Positions 40,346 through 52,220 of a stretch of DNA of 64,000 nucleotides are shown here, one piece after another. Position 1 is the first letter of the stretch. Each line of letters starts with the position of its first letter. The translations under genes and the position numbers were made by a program. The notes under the pieces were generated by a model, which did not search any database, was not told where the DNA came from, and worked only from the letters and a program-made list of their open reading frames with translations. Source of the DNA: an uncultured cyanobacterium (lineage in GTDB: Bacteria; Cyanobacteriota; Cyanobacteriia; Cyanobacteriales; Nostocaceae); NCBI GenBank assembly GCA_963740315.1, contig CAVUDP010000001.1, positions 640,001 through 704,000 on the forward strand. Reading direction: 5' to 3'.

Positions 40346-41512
40346 TTAAAGCTGATAATTATGCAACCAATCTGTAAATTCTTCCCCAGTCATCTCTTCT
40401 GGCTTTTCTTCGTTTTCTCTCTTCAATTTTTCGCTTTGGGTTTCGTAATAATGCATTTCTCCTTTTGCGCTGCGAGTTTGAATAATTTTTAGCCGAGGAA
40501 TGCGACGCTGTTCGTAATTAGCAAAAGCTTCACCGAAATCAGATGCATTTGATAAGCAGTCTGCTAGCACCCATGCATCTTCAAAAGTACTGTTTGTTCC
40601 TTGTGCTAAAGCTGGAGCCATTGGATGTGCTGCATCACCCAATAAAGTTACTCTTCCTTTACTCCAAGAATCTATTGGTTCGCGATCGCAAATTCCTCCC
40701 TCTAAAATTCTCTCCGATGGAGTTACTTCTACTAAAGAACGTAATGGTTTTCCCCATTCAGCGATTTTATCCAAAACGCGAGATTTTGCTCGATCTTTAT
40801 TTGCAGAAAGAGAATATAGTAGTGATTGTTGACGGTAAAGCCAAGCAATATCTCCATCACCAACATTTAATAAGAACATAAATTCCCTATGTCCCTTCAC
40901 AAAAGCCATCTCGCCGGGATTTAATACTTGTTGGTTGCATTTAATCACAGCACGCCATGACATACTGTTTAAATAACGAGGTTCGCCATCTGCAATTAAA
41001 TTTTCCCTAACCGCAGATTTTATACCATCTGCACCAATTAGCAAATCGGCGCGAATTGTTTCTTTACCCTCGAAATATACATCTACACCTCGATCGTCTT
41101 GGGAAAAACCAGTACAGCGATGATTGAGATGAATAATATTTCTAGGTAATTTTGATGCTAAAATTTGCTGCAATCGCCACCACCAAACTGTTATTAAAGG
41201 AAAGCCGTATTTATCAAATTTATTAGCTGGATTTGTGAGAATAGTTTCACCTTGAGTATTTTTTAAAACAGTTTGTTTTACGTGACAACCAGAATTTTTA
41301 ATTGATTCAACTATCCCAGATTCAATTGCATCCAAACTCTTCAAACCATTTGGCAGCAAACCCAAACCACCACCTACGGGACGAAAATCTTGGGCTTTCT
41401 CGTAAACTTGGACGTTGTAGCCTTTTTTGTGGAGCGCGATCGCACAAGCCAAACCTCCCAAACCAGCACCTACAATCGCGATTTTTAGCTGCTTACTTGT
41501 ATCGGTATTCAT
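40346..41512 (-). CDS. FAD-dependent monooxygenase (group A)
   Basis: IVGAGLGGL, LIGADG and LLGDAAHPM.P..AQG motifs. Confidence 0.92.
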   Translation of the reverse strand: MNTDTSKQLKIAIVGAGLGGLACAIALHKKGYNVQVYEKAQDFRPVGGGLGLLPNGLKSLDAIESGIVESIKNSGCHVKQTVLKNTQGETILTNPANKFDKYGFPLITVWWWRLQQILASKLPRNIIHLNHRCTGFSQDDRGVDVYFEGKETIRADLLIGADGIKSAVRENLIADGEPRYLNSMSWRAVIKCNQQVLNPGEMAFVKGHREFMFLLNVGDGDIAWLYRQQSLLYSLSANKDRAKSRVLDKIAEWGKPLRSLVEVTPSERILEGGICDREPIDSWSKGRVTLLGDAAHPMAPALAQGTNSTFEDAWVLADCLSNASDFGEAFANYEQRRIPRLKIIQTRSAKGEMHYYETQSEKLKRENEEKPEEMTGEEFTDWLHNYQL

Positions 41513-41655
41513 AACGCACAATTTTATAATTTAACCTAACTAATAAACAAGTTACCAGCGATCGAAGAAAAAAAACACAATTTACTAATATATGAAAGTT
41601 GAATTAATCCACCTTTCGTCTTATTTGAATCAAGCACGCTGTCGGGTTGCTGTAA

Positions 41656-41922
41656 TTACTGCACCTTAGTAGTAGTCATTACCTGTTTTAAACTATCATC
41701 ACTCGATCCTACCCACTCATAAAATTCAATCGCTTCTGAATCACAACTGTGACATCCCCCACATTTTTTCCCATCCTCCATTTTGCGGACTCGATTTTTA
41801 CGAATTAACTTACTTAGCATTCCTCGTAAAGCGTTTCCATCCATGCGAAAATGGAGTTTCATATCGGCAAGAGAAGCTTTTTTATGTTGGGAAAGGTAAT
41901 TTTGTAGTTCATTTAATATCAT
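41656..41922 (-). CDS. feoC: FeoC-like transcriptional regulator
   Basis: wHTH followed by CGGCHSC; last gene of the feo cluster. Confidence 0.85.
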   Translation of the reverse strand: MILNELQNYLSQHKKASLADMKLHFRMDGNALRGMLSKLIRKNRVRKMEDGKKCGGCHSCDSEAIEFYEWVGSSDDSLKQVMTTTKVQ

Positions 41923-42060
41923 TTCTCTTCCCTCCTTTGTTATTAACTATTAATTAGTTTTGGCGGGTTCGTTTTCCCGAAACCATGTAGAGACGTAGCA
42001 TTGCTACGTCTCCCGACATTTACGACAAAACGAACCCATCAAAAATTATGCAATCGACCA

Positions 42061-44382
42061 CTAGTGATTTATTGCTTCTTGTCTACGAGTGGTGCGTGAC
42101 ATCTTTAGTCCGAAAATCGTCACAGCCATAGCTAAAGACAATCCCACTACCCAAGCAATAGAAGAACTAGGATGTTGTCCTATTGTTGCTACTTGGTAAT
42201 ACAATACCGCCGCCCAGTAAGCTAAACCAGTAGTCCAGCAAGCGGCGAACACCGTCCACCCCAAATTTGTCTCGCGGTAAAGTGCAGCAGTCGCAGAAAC
42301 GCAGGGAAAGTATAGTAATACAAATAACAGATAGGCGAATGCGGCAGATTTACTACTAAATAGTTTGGACATTTCCCCGTAAGTGCTAACAGACACTCCT
42401 TGAGCTTCTGCTGCTTGCTTTTGTGACGAGACATTAGCAGCACTCAAACCAAGGGGGTCAAATAATTGACCGGGAAGTTGCGCTAAATTCTCTGGAATGC
42501 TAATAAATGCCTTACTAATACCACCCCAAAAACTAAATTTTTCTGGCTCCGGCTCTGTTTTGGTTGTTTCTGCCAATCCCGTATACAGAGAATTCAACGT
42601 ACCAACCATCACTTCTTTTGCAAATATTCCTGACATTAAACCTACGGTAGCGGGCCAGTTATCTTGAGTAATGCCCATCGGTGTAAATACTGGTGTAACT
42701 GTACGACTCGCGGCACTGAGAATCGAATCTCCACTATCTTGCTTGCCAAATGTGCCATCAGTACCAACGGAGTTCATGAAGCCCAAGACAATAACCATAA
42801 TTACAATGGCAATCCCGGCTTTTGTGATGAAAGCTTTGAGTCGCTCCCAAGTACGCAACAGCACGCCTTTAATCTTAGGAATGTGGTATGGAGGTAGTTC
42901 CATGATAAAGGGCGCGGCTTCACCTTGGAGGATAGTATTTTTCAAAATCAGTCCGGTGAATATGGCGGCGATAATACCCAAGAGGTAAAGACCTAATACT
43001 ATATTTTGACTGCCAGTGGTGAAGAAAGCACCACAAAATAAAGCGTAAACTGCTAATCTAGCGCTACAGGACATAAACGGGTTCATCATTACCGTCATTA
43101 AGCGATCGCGTTTATTTTCCAATGTCCGCGTTGCCATAATTCCCGGAATATTGCAGCCAAAACCCACGATCATCGGTACAAAGGATTTACCCGGAAGCCC
43201 GATAAAGCGCATCAACCGATCCATCACAAAGGCAGCCCGTGCCATATAGCCAGTATCTTCTAACACCGACAAACACAAAAACATCATCCCAATTTGAGGA
43301 ATAAAAGTAGCTGTCGTCTGGATACCACCGCCAGCACCCTGTGCCAACAGTCCAATCAACCATCCCGGTGCATTCAAGTTTTCTAAAATTTTACCGAAAC
43401 CATCTACAAAAATTGTTGCAAAAGTAATATCAAAAAAGTCAATAAAAGCACCACCGACATTAATCGATATGGTGAACATCAGGTACATCACCAGCAAGAA
43501 AACTGGTATACCCAACCAGCGATTGAGTACAACTTGGTCGATTTTATCGGAAATATTAGTTTTAACTTCCCCACTGCGTTCGGCTGCACCTTTAATTAAG
43601 TCGCGAATAAAGGTATAACGACTATCGGCAATGATAATATCCAAGTCGTCATCAAGGGTTTGATGCACTTTCCGCCGTTCTTCAACAACTATCCGCTCTA
43701 ATTCTTTACTTCTCAAATGGGGAGCAATTCGATCCTCATATTCCAAAAGTTTGAGAGCCGTCCATCGAGGAGCTACTGTATGATTAGGGCTGTGTTCTCT
43801 AATAAAAGGTACGAGGCTGGCGATCGCATCTTCAATTACGGCAGGATAAGCAACGTAGGTTGGTGGTACTGATAGATCCAACAAAGATTGATTAATTGCA
43901 TCCTGTAAATCAGATAATCCCTTACCTGATGTTGCACTCATCGGAATTACCGGACAACCAAGACGCTGTGAAAGTATTTTAGAATTTATTTTAATCTCGC
44001 GGGATGAGGCAACATCGATCATGTTCAACGCCACAATCATTGGTAAGCGCATCTCCATGATTTGGGTGGTGAGATACAGGTTGCGCTCTAAGTTGGAGGC
44101 ATCAATAATATTAACAATGACATCCGCTTCACTAGAAAGTAAGTAATCTCGCGCAATTAGTTCATCAAGTCCAGTGTCGTTGTCTTCGGCATCAAGAGAA
44201 TAAACTCCAGGTAGATCGACAACAGTAATGTTTTTACCATTGTGGATATATTTGCCTTCTTTGCGCTCCACTGTCACGCCACTCCAGTTACCCGTTCTTT
44301 GGTTAGAACCCGTCAAAGCGTTAAACAAAGTGGTTTTGCCGCAGTTGGGATTACCTACCAGTGCAATTATCTGCTTCGTCAC
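42061..44382 (-). CDS. feoB: Ferrous iron transporter FeoB
   Basis: GNPNCGKTT, DLPG.YSL, NMID G-domain; GFGCN, FIMELPPY, LYFPC. Confidence 0.97.
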   Translation of the reverse strand: MTKQIIALVGNPNCGKTTLFNALTGSNQRTGNWSGVTVERKEGKYIHNGKNITVVDLPGVYSLDAEDNDTGLDELIARDYLLSSEADVIVNIIDASNLERNLYLTTQIMEMRLPMIVALNMIDVASSREIKINSKILSQRLGCPVIPMSATSGKGLSDLQDAINQSLLDLSVPPTYVAYPAVIEDAIASLVPFIREHSPNHTVAPRWTALKLLEYEDRIAPHLRSKELERIVVEERRKVHQTLDDDLDIIIADSRYTFIRDLIKGAAERSGEVKTNISDKIDQVVLNRWLGIPVFLLVMYLMFTISINVGGAFIDFFDITFATIFVDGFGKILENLNAPGWLIGLLAQGAGGGIQTTATFIPQIGMMFLCLSVLEDTGYMARAAFVMDRLMRFIGLPGKSFVPMIVGFGCNIPGIMATRTLENKRDRLMTVMMNPFMSCSARLAVYALFCGAFFTTGSQNIVLGLYLLGIIAAIFTGLILKNTILQGEAAPFIMELPPYHIPKIKGVLLRTWERLKAFITKAGIAIVIMVIVLGFMNSVGTDGTFGKQDSGDSILSAASRTVTPVFTPMGITQDNWPATVGLMSGIFAKEVMVGTLNSLYTGLAETTKTEPEPEKFSFWGGISKAFISIPENLAQLPGQLFDPLGLSAANVSSQKQAAEAQGVSVSTYGEMSKLFSSKSAAFAYLLFVLLYFPCVSATAALYRETNLGWTVFAACWTTGLAYWAAVLYYQVATIGQHPSSSIAWVVGLSLAMAVTIFGLKMSRTTRRQEAINH

Positions 44383-44624
44383 TGTACTATTTCCTCTACA
44401 AATAGAGCTTTGGCTTCATCCCTACGCAGACTAAGTTTGAACCCACGCACGTGGATTTCTACAGGATCTCCTAGAGGTGCATGGCGAGTCACGGTAAACT
44501 CTGTACCCGGTGTCAGTCCCATCGCCAGCAATTTCCCTTTATAACCACGGTTCGCTTTTTCATAGCCAGTTACCCGCCCCATACAGCCCACAGCTAAATC
44601 GCGCAGTTGTTTTTTTTCGCTCAT
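44379..44624 (-). CDS. feoA: FeoA
   Basis: LLAMGLTPGT...APLGDPVEI.VRG.KLSLRRDEA. Confidence 0.93.
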   Translation of the reverse strand: MSEKKQLRDLAVGCMGRVTGYEKANRGYKGKLLAMGLTPGTEFTVTRHAPLGDPVEIHVRGFKLSLRRDEAKALFVEEIVQ

Positions 44625-44740
44625 TTTCTATTTAATGCGATTTATTTTTAATAACATAACTATTGCACGTAATCATGTATTATTGATAACTATTACAAAA
44701 ATATCTCAATACTGTAACTGCAATTTGCTGTTTTTATAGC

Positions 44741-45097
44741 TTATAAATTAGTACACATGATTTTCTGTGCCAAACCAACTCCCAAACCAATGCGGTTATC
44801 ACCAAGCGCGACGATTATAGAACCATCGGCAATGTTAATGATTTGAAGTTCGGTTCCTGGAACTAAACCCATACCAATTAGACGACGCGCTGTACCTTCT
44901 GTCCCGTTGAGTTTGACGATCCTTAAGCGCTCTCCCACACAAGACATTGCTAAGGGGAAAGATTTGCCCGCATTCAATAAAGAGTCACTTTTAAAGGTTT
45001 TTTTTTCAGATAGTGGAGTTTCAGATTTCTGTCCAAAAAAATTAAACCCCCATCCTTGACCCATTTGTTGGTTGTAGTCGTTTTTGCTGTGTGTCAT
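44741..45097 (-). CDS. feoA: Second FeoA-family protein with N-terminal extension
   Basis: RRLIGMGLVPGT...RIGLG.GLAQKI. Confidence 0.85.
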   Translation of the reverse strand: MTHSKNDYNQQMGQGWGFNFFGQKSETPLSEKKTFKSDSLLNAGKSFPLAMSCVGERLRIVKLNGTEGTARRLIGMGLVPGTELQIINIADGSIIVALGDNRIGLGVGLAQKIMCTNL

Positions 45098-45127
45098 TGC
45101 CTCTTCATAATTTTCAGGTTTTATTAA

Positions 45128-45158
45128 AAGATATTATCATTAATAATTGAGAATTAAA
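45128..45158 (-). promoter_or_regulatory. Possible Fur box upstream of the feo operon
   Basis: AT-rich ATTATCATTAATAATTGAGAAT resembling GATAAT arrays, upstream of iron-uptake genes. Confidence 0.4.
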
Positions 45159-45328
45159 AGTAAAAGGATCGATATGACAATGCTATATCGATGTGATGTC
45201 AATTTGATGAAATTCTTAAATCGGGGGGCGTTGTATTGCTAAAAAACGGGTAAATATTATTTTCAACAGCTTATTACTGCCAGCGAGACGCGATCGCTCC
45301 CGGATACTGCTCATAATTGTGGCGGAAT

Positions 45329-45560
45329 ACTATTAGTTCATTTCATTAGTTTTGATGGGTAACAAAGGTTCGTAGTAAGCGCTTTAGCGCTCCGGATTTT
45401 GGGCTTAAGCCCTTACTACAAACACGTCAAATTTATTTAATGCAATAGACTATTAGTCCTTTTCATTAGTTTTGACTGGTTCATTTTTTCGGTATACTTT
45501 GGGAGACTCCGCAGTGCTACGTCTCTACAGCCCGTCGGAATTAATGCAATCGAATACTAC
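45329..45560. repeat. Two tandem shell elements (TTTCATTAGTTTTGA...TTAATGCAAT) each enclosing a different GTAG hairpin
   Basis: Directly visible duplicated flanks; the first core is related to the 66-bp array unit, the second to GTAGAGACG. Confidence 0.65.
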
Positions 45561-45564
45561 TCAT

Positions 45565-48006
45565 TCACGAACAAGCTGCTATTTGCGGTACCCTAACGGA
45601 TGAATTCAAAGCAACAAATTCAATTTCTCCTTCGGAATTACGTATCCAAGTAGTAGCTTCTACAATTTTTCGCGGCTTTGATGCTGGAGTTTGAGTAATA
45701 TTATCCGATTGGTTGCGATGTACAGATAAATCGCGAAGATCGTACCAAGTGCGGTTTAAAATTAAATTTTGGCTGGGATTCTGTGGCATTCCACCTCTTC
45801 CAGTTATAACGAATGTGTTACCCGGTTGAGCTAAGCATCCGGAAGCGATTTGATTGCTAGTATCAATAACATTCGTAGGCAATTCATTTACACCCGAATT
45901 GGGATCGATTCCTGGAGTATTAAGTTCAACAACACCATTGAAAGAAGCCCCTAATTGAGAACTTGCGGTAATATCGCTTTGAGGTGTAAGTTGTTCTCTA
46001 AACTGCGTACCGAAAATACCTTGAGAATTAATAGTTACGTTTCCAGCAAAACTATTTTCGGCATTTGCAGTAATATCGCTGTTTTCCAAAGCCACAAGAG
46101 TATCAGTATTTATCGTAATATTGCCACCATTTCCCCTACCACCTGCCGACGTGCTGATATTACTACCACGACGCATTTGTAAGCTTTGGGTATTTAATGA
46201 AATATTGCCACCTTCACCAAATATTGTGGTTGCAGAGAGACTACCTGAATTATCCAACTTTAATAAATCTGCATTTATCTCTAGAATACCGGCATTACCC
46301 GATCCTAAATTACTAACACTTATGTCACCTTCATCAGCTACTATAAAAAATGGCGTATTGATAATTATATTTCCACCATTTCCTGCGGGAACTGTTGGTA
46401 AGTTAAATATACTTTGCAAAAGTAAATATGGTTCAACGCTTGACTGTATTGTGGTGCTGTAAAGTGATTGAACTGATTCCGTAGCCTCGATAAAGATATT
46501 ACCTGCATTCCCATCGCTATTACTAACAGTATTTATATTTCCGTTGTCATCAAGAACTAAATTTTTAACATCAATCTTAATATTCCCACCATTACCTTTT
46601 CCAAAAGCTGAACTAGCAATAGTGCTATTTACAAATAAACCCAAACCAGAACCTTTTATTTCTATATTTTGAGCATTGATATCGATATTGCCACCATTAC
46701 CGTTACCAAAGCTTGTAGTTGCGACTGCTGCTCCATCCAAAACAGATAAATTTCTCGTTTTAACAGATATATCTCCAGCTTTCCCGTCTGCAAAAGTAAT
46801 TGAAGCAATAGCACTAAATTGTTCTGGATTAATTTCGGGAATTCCGCCGATTTTAATCAATTCGGTAGCAATCAAAGAAATATTACCACCGGGGGCAGAA
46901 TTAAAGGTTCTATTCCCAATACCGCCTCCATTTTGAATAATTAAACGTGGTGTAATAACATTAATATTACCGCTATTTCCGGCTACAGTTTCGTTAATTA
47001 TTCCACTACGAATTTGACCATTTTTAGAAATCCCATTTATCTCTAAAAATTCAGTTGCATTAATATTAATATCTCCTGCTGCCTGAATTCCGCGATTTTG
47101 TACAAATAACACGGAACCATCTTCAAGGCTAACAGAATTACCATTAACTTGAATCTCACCAGCACCTTCACCTCCAACGTCTATTAAAGATTGTTGGGAT
47201 AATTGGATATTTCCTAAACTTGAATTTGGAGAAATATTCAATGCAAAACCTTCAGCAGTCTGGTTTAAATTTACAACTCCTTGTTTAACGCTGCTTAATT
47301 CAACTCTTCCAGTTTCTGCATTCAAAATACCTCCATCAAGTTTTATATTTCCTCCAATTAGCGCTAATGTTTTACCAAGCTCTACTTGTAAAGAACTAGT
47401 GTTACCAGGATTTATATAAGGTGCAAAATTAATATCTTCTGTAATTAAATTATGTCCGCTGCCTTTGACTTCAATCTTTCCCGGATTTGTCCCCATTTGT
47501 AAACCAACGGGAACATTTATCTTTAATAATGGTGGTGCTTGCGGATTAACGGCGTTGAATTCACCTTCCGTAAACTTAATATTTTCCGCAGTGGTACCAA
47601 AAAACGAACCGCCAATATTTAATCTGGCATTTTCACCGAAAATAATTCCGTTGGGATTGATTAAAAATAGATTAGCGCTACCGTTGGCTTTGATAATTCC
47701 GTCAATATTAGAAATCGAACCACCAGTAACTCTTGTAAAGATATTCTCTATAGAAGCGGCATTATTGAAAAAAGCTTCTCCCCCAGTTGGGATATTAAAC
47801 TTTTTGAAACTGTGAAATAAATTATTACCTCTTGCAGTACCACCATTTATCTTAAAATTAATCCCATTTTTGATGACATCTGAATTTACACTTAAAGTGC
47901 GTTCAGCTACGCTGTCTATATCGCTTTCGATTTGTGCTGCAACTGGATTGCACAGAAGTAAGCATAAAGCAACAGAATAGCTGAACCCCGATATTATTCG
48001 TTTCAT
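45565..48006 (-). CDS. Filamentous haemagglutinin family (TpsA-like) exoprotein
   Basis: Signal peptide; NLFHSF, NLFLINPNGIIFG TPS domain; GxGGNIxI beta-helix repeats; C..GNTFVITGRGG...EATTW tail. Confidence 0.9.
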   Translation of the reverse strand: MKRIISGFSYSVALCLLLCNPVAAQIESDIDSVAERTLSVNSDVIKNGINFKINGGTARGNNLFHSFKKFNIPTGGEAFFNNAASIENIFTRVTGGSISNIDGIIKANGSANLFLINPNGIIFGENARLNIGGSFFGTTAENIKFTEGEFNAVNPQAPPLLKINVPVGLQMGTNPGKIEVKGSGHNLITEDINFAPYINPGNTSSLQVELGKTLALIGGNIKLDGGILNAETGRVELSSVKQGVVNLNQTAEGFALNISPNSSLGNIQLSQQSLIDVGGEGAGEIQVNGNSVSLEDGSVLFVQNRGIQAAGDININATEFLEINGISKNGQIRSGIINETVAGNSGNINVITPRLIIQNGGGIGNRTFNSAPGGNISLIATELIKIGGIPEINPEQFSAIASITFADGKAGDISVKTRNLSVLDGAAVATTSFGNGNGGNIDINAQNIEIKGSGLGLFVNSTIASSAFGKGNGGNIKIDVKNLVLDDNGNINTVSNSDGNAGNIFIEATESVQSLYSTTIQSSVEPYLLLQSIFNLPTVPAGNGGNIIINTPFFIVADEGDISVSNLGSGNAGILEINADLLKLDNSGSLSATTIFGEGGNISLNTQSLQMRRGSNISTSAGGRGNGGNITINTDTLVALENSDITANAENSFAGNVTINSQGIFGTQFREQLTPQSDITASSQLGASFNGVVELNTPGIDPNSGVNELPTNVIDTSNQIASGCLAQPGNTFVITGRGGMPQNPSQNLILNRTWYDLRDLSVHRNQSDNITQTPASKPRKIVEATTWIRNSEGEIEFVALNSSVRVPQIAACS

Positions 48007-48069
48007 TGTGGAAAATATAATTTGTCTTGTACTTATACTTCCCCGCAATTAGGCATTTGTTGCCAATTC

Positions 48070-50428
48070 TCAAAACTTTTTGGTATTTCTGCGACTAATT
48101 CAACTTGCCCAAACTCATCTATTGCAAAACCTGTAGCTTCAATAATTGGAGTTTATGCAGTATTTTCGGTTGTCGATTCCCTGCGTGTTGACTGGGGAAC
48201 CCGTAAATCTGACCATAATGTTATCGTTGTTAACTTCGTTGTAGGGTTTTCTGGTAAACCTCCTCTACCCGTTATCGTAAAGTTGTTACCTTGTTGTCAC
48301 ATCCAGCACTAATTTGATTACTTGGATCGATCGCATTCATTGGTAAATCGACTACCGCAGAATTAGGGTCAATTCCTGGAGTATTTAACTGCACTACACC
48401 ATTAAAAGAAGCTCCTAACCCCGAACTGGCAGTAATATCGCTAAAAGATGTAAGCTCTTTACGTTCCTGAATACCGAAAACACCTTGAGCATTAATAATT
48501 ACTTTGCCGCCAAAATTATCTTCGGCATTTGCGGTGATATCGCTGTTTTCCAAAGCCAAAAGAGTATCGGTATTGATTTCGATATTACCGCCATTCCCCG
48601 AACCGCGAGCTGTCGCAGTGATAGTACTATTGTTGCGGAGTTGTAAATCCCGCGTTTCTAATAAAATATTCCCACCTTTACCTACTGCTGTCGCTGCTGC
48701 AAGACTACTTTGTCGATCTAACTTGAGGAAATTTGCATTAATATATAGCCTTCCCGCATCTCCTACACCTTGATTTGTAACGCTAACTTGTCCACCATTA
48801 GTAATACTTAAATTGGGAGTGTGTATAGTTACGTCACCTGATACACCGCTTGGTAGAGAAGGTAAATTTAACAATAATCTTACTTGTTCCGGTAAAACAG
48901 TAGCAGAAGAATTTATATTACTACGTATAGGAAATCCAAATTGTTCAAACGAACCATCTATTTTTATAGATTCGGAAGCATTAATAATAATATTTCCACC
49001 ATCACCATTAGCTAAAGTAGATGCATTAGCATTAGCTCCACCGGAAATATTTAATTTAGATGTATTGATTTTCAAGCTTCCAGCATTTCCGGCATTAACA
49101 CTAGAAGCAGACAAAAGACTTGGCTTATTAGCAATTAGACTATAGCCAATTAGTTCTAATGTAGATGCATTCACGATTACATCTCCACCATTACCAGTTC
49201 CTAAAGTTAAAGATGAAACATTTGCTCCATCTTCAATAGATAAGTTTGCTGTTGATAGCACGACATCACCTGTATTCCCTTGTGCAAAAGTTGCTGCATT
49301 TATTCCACTTACGAAGCTAGGATTAAATTGTGAAACACCTTTTACCTGCACGGATTCATGGGATCTAATATTTAAATTACCGCTTTTCCCAGTACCATAA
49401 GTTCTAGTCTCGATAATTGCTCCATCTTGCACTTCTAAACGCTTACTAGAAACAGTAATATCTCCACCATCTCCTGCAAAAGTTTGATTAATTAAACTAG
49501 TATTAACAGTCTTATCCGGACTTATTCCCCATACTTGTAAAGACTCAGTTGCATTAATTTTAATATCTCCAGCTTTTTGAAATCCAAAGTTTTGAATTAA
49601 AACCCGCGCTCCATCATTTACAGTTATATTTCTTCCTTGCAACTGTATGTAATTACCGCTGAAACCACTAGCATCTATTAATGCTTGCTGTAATTGAATA
49701 TCTTTAAAAAATTGTATATTTTCATAATTTAAAGTGAAGCCTGGAGTTCTTTCTGGGAAATTAATATCGACTATTCCAGCATCAACGCTACCTAACTCAA
49801 TGTTTCCTTGAGGGCTTTTGAGAATACCGCCATCGATCTTAATATCTCCCCCAATTAAAGCTAAAGTATTTCCCGGCTTTACTTCTAATTGCGCTTGAGA
49901 ATTTACGATAATTGGTTGGGAATTTTGACCAAATTGTAAACCTGCGGGAACGCTAATTGTTAATAGTGGTTTTTCTTGAGGAGTTGCAGCATTAAAAGAA
50001 GTATCATCTGCAAAATTAATGCTGCTAGCACTAGTACCAATAAACGAACCGCCAATATTTAACCTTGCATTATTACCAAAAACAATTCCGTTCGGATTGA
50101 TTAAAAATAGATTTGCGCTACCGTTGGCTTTGATAATTCCATCAATATTAGAAATCGAATTACCAGTTACTCTTGTAAAAATATTCTTTATATTAGAAGC
50201 ATTATTGAAAAAAGCTTCTCCCCCAGTAAGAATATTAAACTGTTTGAAACTATGAAATAAATTATTACCTCTAACTGTACCGCCATTTATTTTGAAATTT
50301 ATGCCGTTTTTGATTACATCTGAATTTACACTTAGAGTACCATCCGTTTCTATTTGTGCAGCAACCCGATAATTAGACGTAAGTAAGCATAAAGCAACCG
50401 AATAGAGCAACCCTGATATTATTCTCAT
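48070..50428 (-). pseudogene. Second filamentous haemagglutinin family gene with damaged C-terminal tail
   Basis: ORF 48272..50428 ends at a frameshift near 48297; the shifted frame gives QQGNNFTITGRGGLPENP...WSDLR, then an in-frame TAA at 48153-48155 before TPIIEATGF. Confidence 0.75.
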
Positions 50429-50901
50429 TGTTATTTTTATACAAATTCAATCAAACCCTTAAATTTATAGTTCCCAAAAATCGGGCATTTGTTACAATTT
50501 TGAAGAATTTAATATTGCTTATGCTATTAATTAGATACTTATTAATTCATCGAATTTAATAATAACTTAAATAAAAATGAGGGGAGCATCCCCTTCCCCT
50601 CTCCTTAATAAGGAGAGGGGTGTCCGGAGGACGGGGTGAGGTTTAGAATGTATTAGGTTCAATTGAAAACTGCTATATGAGTTTAATTTTATAAGTTATT
50701 AGAAATTGTTTAAAAGTTAAAATTGAGCAAATACAGTCTAATAACTAATAATCCCCACATCTAAAGATGCAGGGAAAGTTAATCTGTAGTTATGATATTA
50801 AATAACTTAAAACATATAATCATATAAAAGCAAAAAAATAGATGCACGTGAGTAAATTTCGTTGTTTTTCGCAACAAATGCAAATTGATTTTTTACTTAA
50901 T

Positions 50902-52218
50902 TCATTCCAACGGAAGTTCGATAACAAATTCTGTTCCTTCTCCCGGTAAGGAATTGCAAATTAACTTACCCTGATGTTTCTCTTCTACTATTTGTCTGCT
51001 AATCGATAATCCCAAACCTGTTCCTTTGCCAACACTTTTTGTAGTAAAAAACTGTTCAAATATACTTTTTAAGACATCACTTGGTATTCCAGGGCCATTA
51101 TCTTTAAATGAGATACTTACTTTATCGCTACTAGAATCGAATTCAGTTGTAACAATAATATTACTAGCATTTTTCTTTTTTTCTTCATAAGAAAACTGAC
51201 TGTTATAATCATCTAAAGCATCTATAGAATTGGAAATAATATTCATAAATACTTGATTTAATTGCCCGGAATAGCACTTAACTAATGGTAAATCGGCATA
51301 ATCTTTAAGTACTTTAATCTCCGGACGTTTATTGTTAGCTTTCAAGCGATGTTTGAGAATCATTAAAGTACTCTCAATTCCTTCGTGAATATTACAAGCT
51401 ACTTTCAATGAACTATCAGTACGAGAAAAAGTTCGCAGACTGGTACTGATATTCCCAATACGCTCTACTCCTATTTTCATAGAAGAAATAATTTGCGGTA
51501 TATCTTCGATTAAGATGTCTAATTCAATATCTTCTGCGTTTTTTAAAATTTCTAATTGTGGATTAGGATAGTAATTTTGATAAAGCCGTAAATGCTTAAT
51601 TATATCGGACGTATTTTCTTCCAGGAATTCCAAATTACCATCAATAAAACTCACGGGATTGTTTATCTCGTGAGCAACTCCAGCTACTAATTCACCTAAA
51701 GCGGACATTTTTTCTGTTTGTACAAGCTGTAATTGAGATTCTTGCAACTCCGACAGAGCCGTTTTTAATTCACCTGTACGCTCTTCTACTCGTTTCTCTA
51801 AATCATTTTTCTGCGCTGCTAATTCTTGGTTCAAACCGCGCATTTTTAAATGTACGTTTACCCGCGCTAATACTTCTTCTGTGTGGAACGGTTTGGTAAT
51901 ATAATCTACAGCCCCTAAAGAAAGCCCTTTTACCTTGTCTACCGTATCGGTAAGCGCCGTCATAAAAATTATTGGGATTTCACAAGTTGCGGGATTTAAT
52001 TTGAGTCGATCGCAAGTTTCAAAACCATTAATTCCCGGCATCATTACATCTAATAAGATTAAATCTGGTTTAGCATATGCAGCTTGTTCAATAGCACTTT
52101 CGCCATCGGTAGCGACTAATATTTCCCACCCAGAATCAGCGATCGCACCAGATAAAACTTTAAGATTAGTGGGGTTGTCATCAACAATTAAAATTATTGG
52201 TTGTTCTAAATAAATCAT
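50902..52218 (-). CDS. Receiver-histidine kinase hybrid
   Basis: ILIVDDN receiver; LVAGVAHEINNP H-box; GKGTGLGLSIS. Confidence 0.92.
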   Translation of the reverse strand: MIYLEQPIILIVDDNPTNLKVLSGAIADSGWEILVATDGESAIEQAAYAKPDLILLDVMMPGINGFETCDRLKLNPATCEIPIIFMTALTDTVDKVKGLSLGAVDYITKPFHTEEVLARVNVHLKMRGLNQELAAQKNDLEKRVEERTGELKTALSELQESQLQLVQTEKMSALGELVAGVAHEINNPVSFIDGNLEFLEENTSDIIKHLRLYQNYYPNPQLEILKNAEDIELDILIEDIPQIISSMKIGVERIGNISTSLRTFSRTDSSLKVACNIHEGIESTLMILKHRLKANNKRPEIKVLKDYADLPLVKCYSGQLNQVFMNIISNSIDALDDYNSQFSYEEKKKNASNIIVTTEFDSSSDKVSISFKDNGPGIPSDVLKSIFEQFFTTKSVGKGTGLGLSISRQIVEEKHQGKLICNSLPGEGTEFVIELPLE

Positions 52219-52220
52219 AG

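Noticed and set aside
45955..50255. Multiple + strand ORFs opposite the haemagglutinin genes
   Set aside because: Antisense shadows of repetitive Gly/Asn/Ile coding sequence
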